DNA of 64,000 nucleotides, taken from the NCBI RefSeq assembly GCF_030144855.1, contig NC_082731.1:31806001-31870000 (forward strand), given 5' to 3'. Shown here piece after piece: positions 35,657 through 48,430 of the stretch. The stretch is from Hypanus sabinus (lineage: Eukaryota). Both the position numbers and the translations under genes were made by a program. Every line of letters starts with the position of its first letter. The stretch's first letter is position 1. The notes beneath the pieces were generated by a model, which ran no database searches, was not told the DNA's origin, and saw only the letters and a program-made list of their open reading frames with translations.

Positions 35657-36384
35657 ATTCAATGAATATACTGTTGGTGGCTGCTAAAAAGACTTACTAG
35701 GAAATGGTTATCACAGGAGAGCCCAACTTTAAATGCATGGATGGAAATTACAATGGACATTTACAAAATGGAGAAGATAACGGCATCTGTTAATCATAAG
35801 TTGGAACAATTTGATTCATACTGGGGGAAAATAGTTTAACGACGTAACACCTCATAGGCCTGATTTTATTCTCACAGATCGATGAATATGTTATAAAAAA
35901 AAAGATCACTCCCTACGTGTGCATAGCTTTCTCCTTTCACTTGTTCTTTCTTTCCTCTCTTTTCTATAAGTGTCCTCATACCTCAGATAAATCAAACACG
36001 AGGAAATCTGCAGGTGCTGGAAATTCAAACAACACACACAAAATGCTAGTGGAACCCAGCAGGCCAGGCAGCATCTATAGGGAGAAGCCCTGTCAACGTT
36101 AACAACAACACACACAAAATGCTGGTGGGACGCAGCAGGCCAGACAGCATCTACAGGGAGAAGCCCTGTCAACGTTAACAACACACACAAAACACTCCCT
36201 ATAGATGCTGCCTGGCCTGCTGCGTTCCACCAGCATTTTGTGTGTGTTGTTGTTACCTCAGATAAATAAGTGGAGATTTGTGGCAAATATGATTATATGA
36301 TATATATGTACAGTATCTGAAATATATCTTATAGAAATGTTTGTTTGATAATGAACTTCAATAAAAATTAATTACAAATAAAAG
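35657..36384 (+). mobile_element. L1-clade 3' fragment with 15-bp TSD
   Basis: TSD agaatatttaagact at 35642-35656 and 36385-36399. ORF2 C-terminal remnant (RKWLSQESP, WMEITMDIYKMEKIT) and A-rich aataaa tail. Confidence 0.8.
35993..36253. mobile_element. Penelope-derived palindromic insert with 14-bp TSD, inside the L1 fragment
   Basis: TSD tacctcagataaat at 35979-35992 and 36254-36267. Two direct and one inverted copy of cacacaaaatgctggtggaacgcagcaggccaggcagcatctatagg. Confidence 0.8.
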
Positions 36385-37028
36385 AGAATATTTAAGACTC
36401 TTGGGCGGGGACGTCGACTGGAAAAGCTGAGAGGGAAATGGCAGGCGATACTGGCTTAGACGGGAATCTTGGTTGACACAGAGTAGATGGGCTGAAGAGC
36501 CTCTTTTGCTACTGTTAGACAATGTGCCTCTCTAAGACTCTCTTAGATGTCCTGAGCGTATCTGTGCCTCTACCACCAAGCCTGGCTGGAAAGACTTTAG
36601 TTACGGGGAGAGATTGGACAGGCCGGGGAGCATTTTCTGTGTTGTGGCAGAGGCCGAGGGACGACTTGATAGACGTTTATAAGATGATGGGAAATAGATG
36701 CCTGGGGACCATGGACTCCTTGTTTATTGATATTGGTCCATGGCATAAAAAGGTTGGGAACCCCTGCCCTAGGGTTGGGGCATCAAGAGAAGGTAAAGGA
36801 GGAGATTTAAAAGGGATGAGAGGGGTAGGGGTTCCTACGCCGAGTGTGGTTCATATCCAAAATCGACAGAAGATGGTAGAATCTGTACCTCCAGGCAAGG
36901 CAGGGGAGGGAAGGTGGGCTGGGGCGGACAGGCGGGTTTCAGGATTGGTGCTGGAGTGGGATTGGAAGGTCAGGGTTGTTCAGTCCCGGCGGCCCCCTCC
37001 TCCCCTCTCCCTTTCCCCTCCCTCTTAC

Positions 37029-37633
37029 ATGAAGAAGCAGGCGAGGGCCTCTGTGTCAGGGGACTGGGCGAGGTGGGCTCGGGCCAGTCCCTTGTACTGC
37101 TGCCACTTCCGGAAGTTGTGGTAGACGCCTCGGGAGTAGCCAGCGGTGGGGGGCGGCCGGGCTGGAGGGGGGTTACCCGGCCGGCTCGGCACTCCCCCTC
37201 CCGATCCCTGCGGGGGCCCCACCACCAGGGGCCTGAGGAGCAGGGGGGGCACCTGCCCCCGCCACGGGCGGCCGGAGTCCGGGGCTCGGGGTGGCGGGGG
37301 CAGGGGAGGGGGGTGAGGAGGGGTGATGTGGGGGCTGGCAGGGCGGTGGAGGACCACCCCCCGGCAGAGGGTGACCCCGGTGGGCATGCTGATCACCCGG
37401 AGGCCAGAGGAGGGGGGCTGCCTCAGCCAGCGGAGAGGCAGGGGGGGTGAGGCCAGGATCAGCGCCCGGGGTGGGTTCCAGTGGCTGGGGCCAGCAGTCG
37501 GCTGGAGCTGCTGTGGGGCGGTAGCGGAAACGTGGGGAGGGGGGAGGTGGGACGTCAAGGGTCCGAGGGGCTGGTCCCTCTCACTCTCCCCCCATAGGGG
37601 GCCAAGGGGACTGCTGTGGCTCACTCCCTCCAT
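37029..37633 (-). CDS. NUTM1: NUT-family first coding exon (MEGVSHSS...[32 protein letters not shown])
   Basis: Acceptor at 37651-37652, ATG in strong Kozak context (AGGATGG), GTAAGA donor at phase 2. Matches human [32 protein letters not shown]. Confidence 0.92.
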
Positions 37634-38161
37634 CCTGGACTGGGCTTCACCTGTGCAGAGAGGAGAGAGGTTAGAGACAGGTGGTGGTTCCTGAACACCC
37701 ATTCTAGAACACTCCCCTATCCCGGAACAACCCTCCCTGTCCTAGAACACCGACCCTGGACGTACACCTGCTCTGTCCCAAAACATTTTCTTCTGTCCCA
37801 GAACTTCCCAGCCCATCCAGAATATTCCCTCTGCCCCTCTAGCCTAAGACTATTTCTCTCCCCCCAGCATTCCAGGCCATTCCGCTCCATCCTATAGCAT
37901 CTTCAGACCCTGTTCACGAATTCCACCCAACCCAGAATATCGCCACCCCTGCCGTCCCGGAACAACTCACTCTGTGCCAGTACGTCTTCCCTCCTCCCTG
38001 AGCATCTACCTACCCCGTCCCAAAATATTTCTCCCCTATCGCAGAACAACATTCCCGTCCCAAAACACATCACTCCCACCCTCCCCCTGCCTGCCTCCCC
38101 ACCCCATCCCCTCCGACCTCCCTCGGCCACGCTCTCCCTCCCTGCCCCGTCTCCCACTCAC

Positions 38162-38290
38162 CGCGTCCCGGGACAGTTTCTCTCTCGGTTCCGCCGCGAG
38201 GTCGGCAACCGGCGGTTCAAAGGAAAACAGCGGCCGCGGGGGCGGGGCCGGGAGAATAGAGACGGGGGAGAGAAAGCGAGAGAGGGCGCG
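38162..38290 (-). promoter_or_regulatory. Probable non-coding first exon / CpG-rich promoter of the NUT-like gene
   Basis: Local CpG cluster, GC box (ggggcggggc) and a strong donor GCG|GTGAGT at 38161. The upstream repeat-derived ATG is out of phase with the next exon. Confidence 0.55.
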
Positions 38291-38292
38291 GA

Positions 38293-41200
38293 GGGAGATG
38301 GACATTTTGTGGGTGAAGGGAGATGGACACTGTGGAGTGAAGGGAGATGGACTTTGTGTGGGTGAAGGGAGATGGACACTGTGTGAGTGAAGGGAGATGG
38401 ACTTTGTGTGGGTGAAGGGAGATGGACTGTTTTCGGTGAAGGGAGATGGACATTCTGTGGGTGAAGGGAGATGGACATTGTGTGGGGTGAAGGGAGATGG
38501 ACTTTGTGTGGGATAAAGGGAGATGGACTGTGGGATAAAGGGAGATGGACATTCTGTGGGGTGAAGTGAGATGGACACTGTGGGGTGAAGGGAGATGGAC
38601 ATTCTGTGAGTGAAAGGAGATGGACACTGTGGGGTGAAGGGAGATGGACATTGTGTGGGGTGAAGGGAGATGGACTTTGTGTGGGATAAAGGGAGATGGA
38701 CACTGTGGGATAAAGGGAGATGGACACTGTGGGGTGAAGGGAGATGGACACTGTGGGGTGAAGGGAGATGGACATTGTGTGGGTGAAGTGAGATGGACAC
38801 TGTGGGGTGAAGGGAGATGGACATTGTGTGGGTGAAGTGAGATGGACACTGTGGGGTGAAGGGAGATGGACATTCTGTGGGTGAAGTGAGATGGACACTG
38901 TGTGAGGTGAAGGGAAATGGACTTTGTGTGGGTGAAGGGAGATGGACTTTGTGTGGGTGAAGGGAGATGGACACTGTGGGGTGAAGGGAGATGGACATTC
39001 TGTGGGTGAAGGGAGATGGACACTGTGGGGTGAAGGGAGATGGACATTCTGTGGGTGAAGGGAGATGGACACTGTGTGAGGTGAAGGGAGATGGACTTTG
39101 TGTGGGGTGAAGGGAGATGGACATTGTGTGGGGCGAAGTGAGATGGACACTGTGGGGTGAAGGGAGATGGACTGTGTGGGATGAAGGGAGATGGACTTTG
39201 TGTGGGGTGAAGGGAGATGGACATTCTGTGGGGTGAAGTGAGATGGACACTGTGGGGTGAAGGGAGATGGACTGTGTGGGGTGAAGGGAGATGGACACTG
39301 TGGGGTGAAGGGAGATGGACATTCTGTGGGTGAAGGGAGATGGACATTCTGTGGGTGAAGGGAGATGGACACTGTGGGGTGAAGGGAGATGGACATTCTG
39401 TGGGTGAAGGGAGATGGACACTGTGTGAGATGAAGGGAAATGGACATTGTGTGGGGTGAAGGGAGATGGACTTTGTGTGGGTGAAGGGAGATGGACACTG
39501 TGGGGTGAAGGGAGATGGACATTGTGTGGGGTGAAGGGAGATGGACACTGTGTGAGGTGAAGGGAGATGGACTTTGTGTGGGGTGAAGTGAGATGGACAC
39601 TGTGGGGTGAAGGGAGATGGACATTCTGTGGGTGAAGGGAGATGGACACTGTGTGAGGTGAAGGGAAATGGACATTGTGTGGGGTGAAGGGAGATGGACT
39701 TTGTGTGGGTGAAGTGAGATGGACACTGTGGGGTGAAGGGAGATGGACATTGTGTGGGTGAAGTGAGATGGACACTGTGGGGTGAAGGGAGATGGACTTT
39801 GTGTGGGTGAAGGGAGATGGACTTTGTGTGGGTGAAGGGAGATGGACACTGTGGGGTGAAGGGAGATGGACTTTGTGTGGGGTGAAGTGAGATGGACACT
39901 GTGGGGTGAAGGGAGATGGACATTCTGTGGGTGAAGGGAGATGGACATTCTGTGGGTGAAGGGAGATGGACACTGTGGGGTGAAGGGAGATGGACATTCT
40001 GTGGGTGAAGGGAGATGGACTTTGTGTGGGGTGAAGGGAGATGGACATTCTGTGGGGTGAAGTGAGATGGACACTGTGGGGTGAAGGGAGATGGACTGTG
40101 TGGGGTGAAGGGAGATGGACACTGTGGGGTGAAGGGAGATGGACATTCTGTGGGTGAAGGGAGATGGACATTCTGTGGGTGAAGGGAGATGGACACTGTG
40201 GGGTGAAGGGAGATGGACATTCTGTGGGTGAAGGGAGATGGACTGTGTGAGATGAAGGGAAATGGACATTGTGTGGGGTGAAGGGAGATGGACATTGTGT
40301 GGGGTGAAGGGAGATGGACACTGTGTGAGGTGAAGGGAGATGGACTTTGTGTGGGGTGAAGTGAGATGGACACTGTGGGGTGAAGGGAGATGGACATACT
40401 GTGGGTGAAGGGAGATGGACACTGTGTGAGGTGAAGGGAAATGGACATTGTGTGGGGTGAAGGGAGATGGACTTTGTGTGGGTGAAGTGAGATGGACACT
40501 GTGGGGTGAAGGGAGATGGACATTCTGTGGGTGAAGGGAGATGGACATTCTGGGGGTGAAGTGAGATGGACACTGTGGGGTGAAGGGAGATGGACATTCT
40601 GTGGGTGAAGGGAGATGGACTGTGTGGGGTGAAGGGAGATGGACAGTGTGGGGTGAAGGGAGATGGACATTCTGTGGGGTGAAGGGAGATGGACTTTGTG
40701 TGGGGTGAAGGGAGATGGACATTCTGTGGGTGAAGGGAGATGGACTGTGTGGGGTGAAGGGAAATGGACATTCTGTGGGTGAAGGGAGATGGACATTCTG
40801 TGGGGTGAAGGGAGATGGACATTCTGTGGGGTGAAGGGAGATGGACTGTGTGGGGTGAAGGGAGATGGACATTCTGTGGGTGAAGGGAGATGGACATTCT
40901 GTGGGGTGAAGGGAGATGGACTTTCTGTGGGTGAAGGGAGATGGACTGTGTGGGGTGAAGGGAAATGGACATTCTGTGGGTGAAGGGAGATGGACATTCT
41001 GTGGGTGAAGTGATATGGACACTGTGTGGGGTGAAGGGGGATGGACATTCTGTGGGTGAAGGGAGATGGACATTCTGTGGGTGAAGTGATATGGACACTG
41101 TGTGGGGTGAAGGGAGATGGACAGTGTGGGGTGAAGGGAGATGGACTGTGTGGGGTGAAGGGAGATGGACAGTGTGGGGTGAAGGGAGATGGACATTCTG

Positions 41201-42190
41201 TGGGGTGAAGGGAGATGGACTTTGTGTGGGGTGAAGGGAGATGGACATTCTGTGGGTGAAGGGAGATGGACTGTGTGGGGTGAAGGGAAATGGACATTCT
41301 GTGGGTGAAGGGAGATGGACATTCTGTGGGTGAAGGGAGATGGACATTCTGTGGGGTGAAGGGAGATGGACTGTGTGGGGTGAAGGGAGATGGACATTCT
41401 GTGGGTGAAGGGAGATGGACATTCTGTGGGGTGAAGGGAGATGGACATTCTGTGGGTGAAGGGAGATGGACTGTGTGGGGTGAAGGGAGATGGACATTCT
41501 GTGGGTGAAGGGAGATGGACATTCTGTGGGGTGAAGGGAGATGGACATTCTGTGGGTGAAGGGAGATGGACATTCTGTGGGTGAAGGGAGATGGACATTC
41601 TGTGGGTGAAGTGATATGGACACTGTGTGGGGTGAAGGGAGATGGACTTTGTGTGGGTGAAGTGAGATGGACACTGTGGGGTGAAGGGAGATGGACATTG
41701 TGTGGGGTGAAGGGAGATGGACACTGTGTGAGGTGAAGGGAAATAGACATTGTGTGGGATAGAGTAAGATGGACACTGTGGGGTCAAAGGAGATGGACAT
41801 TATGTGGGGCGAAGGGAGGATGGACTGTATGGAGCGAAGGGGGTTGGACATTGTTTGCAGTGAAGGGAGATGGACTTTGTGTTTGATAAAGGAAGATGGA
41901 CTGTGTGGGATGATGGGAGATGGACTGTGTGGAGCGAAGGGGCATGGACACTGTGTGGGATGATGGGAGATGAGCTTTGTCTAGGATAAAGGAAGATGGA
42001 CACTGTGTGGAGCGAAGGGAGATGGACATTGTGTGGGATAAAGGGAGATGGACACTGTGCGGGATGATGGGAGATGGACTGTGTGGAGCGAAGGGGCATG
42101 GACATTGTTTTGCGGTGAAGGGAGACGGACTTTGTGTTTGATAAAGGAAGATAGACACTGTTAGGGGTGAAGGGGGATGGACATTGTGAT
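38293..42190. repeat. ~27-29-bp minisatellite, ~3.9 kb
   Basis: Unit gtgaagggagatggaca(t/c)t(c)tgtg(t)ggg; degenerate toward the right end. Confidence 0.98.
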
Positions 42191-42194
42191 GAAT

Positions 42195-42860
42195 ATAAGA
42201 CAACTGGAAAAGAACTCAAGAAGGTAATTAAGGAAAAGCAGGAGGGATCCTGAAAAGTCCTTGGCTAGTTGGATTAGAAAGAATCCCAAGGCATTCTATA
42301 CTTCCATCAAGAGAAAGTGGATAATTAGGAAGAGGGTAGGGCCACTCAAGGATAAAAGGGGGTGGGGCATTTGCCTGGGCATGGGTGAGGTACTCCAGAT
42401 CATTAACAAGGAGAAGAATGTAGAGGATAGGGAGAACAGTGGTGAGCATATGCGTATGTTAGGGGACGGAAAGGTAAAGGGGAGGTAGTGTTGCGTCTCT
42501 TAAAGAGCATTAAGGTGGATAAGTCCTCAGGGCCTGATGGTACATACCCCAGATTATTGAGAGGCAAAAGAAGAAGCTGTTGGGGACTTGACCAATATCT
42601 TTGTGTCCTCTCTAGCCTCGGGTGAGGCCCCGGAGGACTGGGAAGTAGCTAATTCTTGTTATCATTATTTAAACAGGGCTACAGGGGTCATCCTGCAAAT
42701 GATAGACCGGCCAGTCTCACATCAGTGGCAGGGAAGTTACCGGACAGCCTTCTGAAAGATAGCATTCGGAAAATCATGGCCTAATTAGAGGGAGCCAGCT
42801 TGGCTTTGTGCCGGGCAAGTTATGTCTAAATCGAATGAGTTTTTCTTTTGACAAGGTGAC
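42195..42860 (+). mobile_element. Decayed CR1 ORF2 fragment
   Basis: NPKAFY, RVGPLKD, gtggataagtcc...gggcctgatgg (DKSxGPDG). Confidence 0.8.
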
Positions 42861-43144
42861 TCTGATCAGGCCGCATCTGAACCAACGTTCCCTCTAACAA
42901 CCAGTGCGTCCGCAGAAAACTTGTGCCGTGCAATCTTTCTGCTCAGCAACGACAGCACTGTTCTGCCTGTGAATGGACCAGAGAGACACGCCGCTAAGGG
43001 TGTAAGTTTTTATTTGGCATGCCCAGTATTTGGAGACACTCTGGAGAGAAGATCCTTGAACCAAGTTACATCACATTTTCATCTGCTAAAGAACAATTGC
43101 TATAGTTACACTGGATTCATAATGCTTTCTTTGAGTTACATATA

Positions 43145-44590
43145 ATCAGACTCAGATTTAATCGCTGACGTATGCCGTGAAGTTTGTAAACTTTGCCGCA
43201 GCAGTACAATTAAATACATAATAATGGAGAAAAACTATGAATTAAAGTAATTATATATATTAAATAGTTAAATTAAAAAATATTGCAGTAAAATAGAAAT
43301 AAAAAAGTAGTGAGGTAGTGTTCATGGGATCAATGCTCATTCAGATGGCAGAGGGGAGGAAGCTGTTCCTGAATCGTTGAGTGTGTGTCTTCAGGCTCCT
43401 GTACCTCCTTCCTGATGGCAGAAGGGAGGAAGCTGTTCCTGAATCACTGAGTGTGTGTCTTCAGGCTCCTGTACCTCCTGCCTGATGGTATCAGTGAGAA
43501 CAGGGCACGGCCTGGGTAATGGATGGCAGAGGGGAAGAAGCTGTTCCTGAATCGCTGAGTGTGTGTCTTCAGGCTTCCTGATGGTAGCAGTGAGAACAAG
43601 GCATGACCTGAGTCCTTAATGATGAAGGCCATCTTTTTGAGCACAACTCCTTGAAGATGGCATCCGTTAGTTTTGTGAAACCATGGATTTGCACCTTGGA
43701 AGAGACTGGCAGTTGCCCAAGCTGCAAGTCTCCCCTCTCCACGCCACCAATGTGGTCTCAAGCAGCTCGGCACCGGTGTCGTCGCAGAGCAATGTGTTGT
43801 TATGAAGCTCAAGGACGCAACACGCCGCCTCAGCTGAGGCTCAAACCAGTGACCTTTAGATCACTAGGCCGATGCCTTATCCACTAGGCCACGCGCCAAC
43901 TCCTGGATATTATAGAGGCTAATACCCACGATGGAGCTGACTAACTTTACAGCTCTCTGCAGCTGACTTTGATCCCGTGCAGGAGCTCTCCTGCATCCCC
44001 TTATCAGATGGCGACGCACCCAGTCAGAATGCTTTCCACAGTACACCTGTAGAATTTGCAGCTGGTTTAGGTGACGTACAAGATCTCCTTAAACTCCCAC
44101 TGGTCACTGTCTTGCCTTCTTCGAGGTTGCATTAATATGTTGGGAGCAACTCACACAAAATGCTGGAGGAACTAAGCAGGCCAGGCAACATCTGTGGGAA
44201 AAGTACAGACAAGGCTTTGGCTGAGCTCCTTTGGCAGGACTGAGGAGGAAAAAGGAAGATTTCATCTTCCTCAGGGTAGGCGTTCCTGGAAGAGACTTTG
44301 CAGCATAGTAGTCAAGTCACAAAGAAGAGACAATCTACAGATGCTGGAAATCCAAGCCTTCAGCCTGAAACGTCAGCGGTACTTTTTTCCGTAGATGCTG
44401 TCTGGCCTGCTGAGTTCCTCCAGCATTTTGTGTGTGTGTGTTGTTCTGACTTCCAGCATCTGCAGACTTCTCTTCTTTTTGGTATGTTGGGACCAGGTTA
44501 GGTCTCCCAGGAACTAGAAATTGTTCACTCTCTCAATCAGATCCCTCTATGAGGACTGGTGTGTGTTCCCCTCTGAAGTCTCCAATTTTC
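43145..44590 (-). mobile_element. Rex1/Babar LINE 3' fragment (reverse) with local triplication and Penelope-type palindrome (44150-44470)
   Basis: aatcagactcag tail; gaagctgttcctgaatc..gagtgtgtgtcttcaggct x3; translation LFSLLPSG, SFFPSAI. Confidence 0.8.
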
Positions 44591-44849
44591 AGACACCCAG
44601 ATCTTCACACCAACACACCTACAGTGAGTGTTAATCACCGCTGTCTCTTAGTTGCATTCATGCACATGCAGACATCTCAGGTCAATGGGATGCTTTCTGG
44701 TTTGCAATTGACCCCAGTCTGCAGCTCCAGGAAGACCATTGTTCCCAGCTGCATTTAAAATTCAATCTACTGTTATTTGTGAAGCCAAGCAGAGCTGCAG
44801 AATGGATGCTGCTAAAAAAGAGTGACAGGGGAGAGCCATTCAAAAATGC

Positions 44850-45640
44850 TAATGAGAGAGAGAGAGAGACTCATAATTCAGTATTTTGGCATCTGCAGTG
44901 ATACTGCCACGGACACTTTGCTTTGAACATGAACTGCTCGTTAACACTCCCACTGAGACAAAAGGAGGTAGTGAGGTCTGAGGGACAGGGTGATACCCCA
45001 TCGAGCGGGGGAGGGGGGATAAAATAGTGAGTTTGCTAAGACACCGCAGACACGCCACGAGACCCTGGGGCCATTGTGCCCCCACAAGTCGGTGGGAGTT
45101 TGGAGGACTGATTTGCAGGAATCGGCCTGAAGCTCACAGGGTATAAAGGTACGGCCGGTGGGGACCTGTTGTGTGTCCACCCTTGGCTGGGTGACGGGTT
45201 CACCACGGAAGAACGATTGCATCTGGAACGGAGGGGTCACAGTCGGTGACCACAACGGGACAACGATCACATCTGGAACGGAGGGGTCACAGTCAGTGAC
45301 CACAACCGGACAAGAAGGTTGCCTGAAATCTCAGCTGTATCTCTCTCTCTCTCTCTCCAACAGACCACAACAACTACCTCGAACTACACTAAACTGAACT
45401 GAACTCTGCTTCTCCTGAAGACTGATCATTTACCCCTAGACTTCGATAGAGCTTGGCTGATTCCTATTCCCATATTTCTGTGTATATTATCACTGTTAAC
45501 CTGTTACATTTATATCCTTGCCTTTAGTGTACTGTATTACTTAATTTACTAATAAACTTTATTAGTTTCTAGCAATTACAGACTCCAACGAGTGTTCCAT
45601 TTCTGCTGGTTTAACAACCCCGTCACAGAGTATGTTAACC
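44850..45640 (+). mobile_element. Probable solo LTR (boundaries uncertain)
   Basis: TATA-like ggtataaa (45140), aataaa (45551), ctgaactgaact repeats, 3' end ccccgtcacagagtatgttaac, and an internal ~50-bp duplication at 45220/45270. No TSD identified. Confidence 0.45.
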
Positions 45641-46749
45641 CTACAATCCACATTCAGATCTGAAGACAGGTTGATGTTGAAATTAGTATTGATTATATTC
45701 CATATCTCCAGAACAACTCCCTAACAACCAGTATACAGATAATTTTTGCACTGTATCTCAGTACGTGACAACAATAAACCAATTCCAATATGATAAGAGG
45801 GTGACTGTTGCCCTCTCTCAGGTAGGGCTGTCTGCATGTCGAGAATTTCCTGGACACTCTTCACGATTCTGCTTTATCAGGAGCCTCAGCCCTCCAGAGT
45901 GTGTAATTTTGAAAACGGTGAATGGGCAGAGCAGTGTGGAGGGGGTAACCGGAGATTTCTAGAAACGCTGGAACAGATGGTGACGGCAGCGCGCCATTTC
46001 ATTGTTTTCTTGGACTCAACCTAACAATTTCAGAACAGATGGCAACAAGACTGAAGCCAGAAGAGTTAGAAATGTACTCACCAAATACTTTGACCCATAA
46101 CTTACTGAATAAATAAGTATACTCACTTTGCCCTGTTTTCTGTCCTTGCTCGTATGAAGGTGGTTTCTCTATTTATGCAAGTACTTCTCTGACAATAGAT
46201 GTGTAACAGCCATTGTATGGAAATAAAAGATAATACTGATGCAGACATGTTTTATACATTTAACAAGATACTTTATTAATGCAACAGAGTTAGCCAGTTT
46301 TTCAATGTTTATTGTCAGCCAGGTCATACTATCTGTGAACTCCCTGTTGGTTGCCTCCATACGCTCCAGTATTTGTTTTTTTTAGTTTTAAGACCTCCTG
46401 TGCGAGTCAGCTGCTGTCCGTCATTTGGCAATTTTCTTTTAAGTTTTTCTTGCCTGTAACTGCACAAACGCACACTTTCACAGCGAGATTCGACACCAAA
46501 CATGTCGCTTGTCTTCTGTAGATGTGTCCTGCGTATGCCCAGTAGGAGGAGATTCGCCCAAATACCCGTTTTAATGTGGATAGAGATATTTTCAAAAACG
46601 CTTGGTGCGGACACCTATCATTTTTATGCAAAACCAGTGTTTTCAAAGTTATCCTGTCTAGTGTGGACGTAGTCTGAGACTCATTCCCTCTGACCCTCAC
46701 CTCACCAGTTTGTATCAATGCACCAGACATTGAGAATTGAGATTACCTT

Positions 46750-47440
46750 TGACAATTGTCTACCGTCCATGTACCTATCCAAACGTCTAATGTTGAAATC
46801 GAGCACACATGCACAACTTGTGCCGTCAGGTCATTTCCCTTTGAGTGAAGGTGTTTTCCCTTGAACTTTTCACCTTTTACCCTTAACCCATGACCTCTGG
46901 TTGTCGTCCCACCCAACCTAAGCGGGAAAAAGCCTGCTTGCTTTTACCCCTCATAACTTTGCATATTGCTATGAAATCTCTTACTTTCTAAGAAATAGAG
47001 TCCAATCTTTCATTATGACTCCGGTCCTCCAGATCCAGCAGCATCCTTGTATTTCCATATTCCTGTAGGCAGGTGATCAAAACTGCACTTAATACTCTAA
47101 TTTAGGCCTCACCAACATCTGATACAACTTCGACATAACATCCCATCTCCCAGACTCAGTACATTGATTTATGAAGGCCAATGTGCCAAAAGCTTTCTTT
47201 ATGACCCTATCTACATGTGACACCACTTACTATGAATTATCTACCTGTACTCCCAGGTCCCTTTGTTCCACTGCACTCCTCAGTGCCCTACTGTTCTACT
47301 CTGGTTAGCGCAAAACCTCTCACTTGTCTGCATTAAATTCCATCTGCCATCTTTCCAGCTGATGCAGATCCGCCTGCAAGCCATGATGGCCTTCCTCACT
47401 GTCCACTACTCTCCTAATCTTTGTGTCCTCTGCAAATTAG
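46750..47440 (-). mobile_element. CR1-type LINE fragment
   Basis: Reverse CR1 motifs (gaaggccaatgtgccaaaagctttc, ccaggtccctttgttcc). Confidence 0.75.
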
Positions 47441-47521
47441 TAGATTCTTCTAATTCCCACTGAATAATGGGTGTTATAGTGTGATCTCAACAAAGTGATC
47501 ACTTCTACTTCAAAAATTGAG

Positions 47522-48430
47522 GAATAGAGGACCTCAGTATACAAGGTAGGACACACACTGAATGGTGGGGAGTGTCAATGGACAGTGGGGACAGAGGGAT
47601 CTCGGTGTACAAGGGTAGAACACACACTGTGAATGGTGGGGAGTGTGGAGGGACAGAGGGACCTCGGTGTACAAGGTAGGACACACACTGAATGGTGGGG
47701 AGTGTCAATGGACAGTGGGGACAGAGGGATCTCGGTGTACAAGGGTAGAACACACACTGTGAATGGTGGGGAGTGTGGAGGGACAGAGGGACCTCGGTGT
47801 ACAAGGGTAGAACACACACTGTGAATGGTGGGGAGTGTCGAGGGAGAGAGGGATCTCAGTGTACAAGGGCAGGACACACACTGTGAATGGTGGGGAGTGT
47901 GGAGGGACAGAGGGACCTCGGTGTACAAGGGCAGGACACACACTGTGAATGGTGGGGAGTGTCCAGGGACAGAGGGACCTCGGTGTACAAGGGCAGGACA
48001 CACACTGTGAATGGTGTGGAGTGTCAAGGGACAGGGGGACCTCGGTGTATGAGGGCAGGACACACACTGTGAATGGTGTGGAGTGTCAATGGACAGTGGG
48101 GACAGAGGGATCTCAGTGTACAAGGGTAGAACACACACTGTGAATGGTGGGGAGTGTCGAGGGAGAGAGGGATCTCAGTGTACAAGGGCAGGACACACAC
48201 TGTGAATGGTGGGGAGTGTGGAGGGACAGAGGGACCTCGGTGTACAAGGGCAGGACACACACTGTGAATGGTGGGGAGTGTTGAGGGACAGAGGGACCTC
48301 GGTATACAAGGGCAGGACACACACTGTGAATGGTGTGGAGTGTCAAGGGATAGAGGGACCTCGGTGTACGAGGGTAGAACACATACTGTGAATGGTGTGG
48401 AGTGTCGAGGGACGGTGGGGACCTTGGTGT
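47522..48430. repeat. 62-71-bp minisatellite (~14 copies) derived from CR1 sequence
   Basis: Unit gacagagggacctcggtgtacaagggcaggacacacactgtgaatggtggggagtgtggagg, followed by colinear CR1 remnants (actggccttcatt...tataaaactgg). Confidence 0.9.

Larger units (their letters stand above)
34320..36520 (+). mobile_element. Old CR1 fragment interrupted by Rex1 and L1 insertions
   Basis: CR1 sequence breaks at gtataaaatcatgag (~34723), resumes at 35471, breaks again at 35657 and resumes at 36385. Confidence 0.7.

Noticed and set aside
38162-38305. Coding first exon of NUT starting at a repeat-derived ATG (MSISLRALSR...)
   Set aside because: Ends in phase 0, whereas the next exon's open frame needs phase 1. 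Treated as UTR/uORF.
38036-41851. Three overlapping 1177-1271-aa ORFs (SPFTP/HLPSP repeats)
   Set aside because: All three minus frames are open because the minisatellite lacks stop codons on that strand. Units vary by 1-2 nt with no frame preservation.
46325-46675. Harbinger-like MITE end (tagtgtggacgtagtc); hAT-like ends at ~36770 and ~42883
   Set aside because: Only one terminus is recognisable in each case; no paired TIR or TSD.
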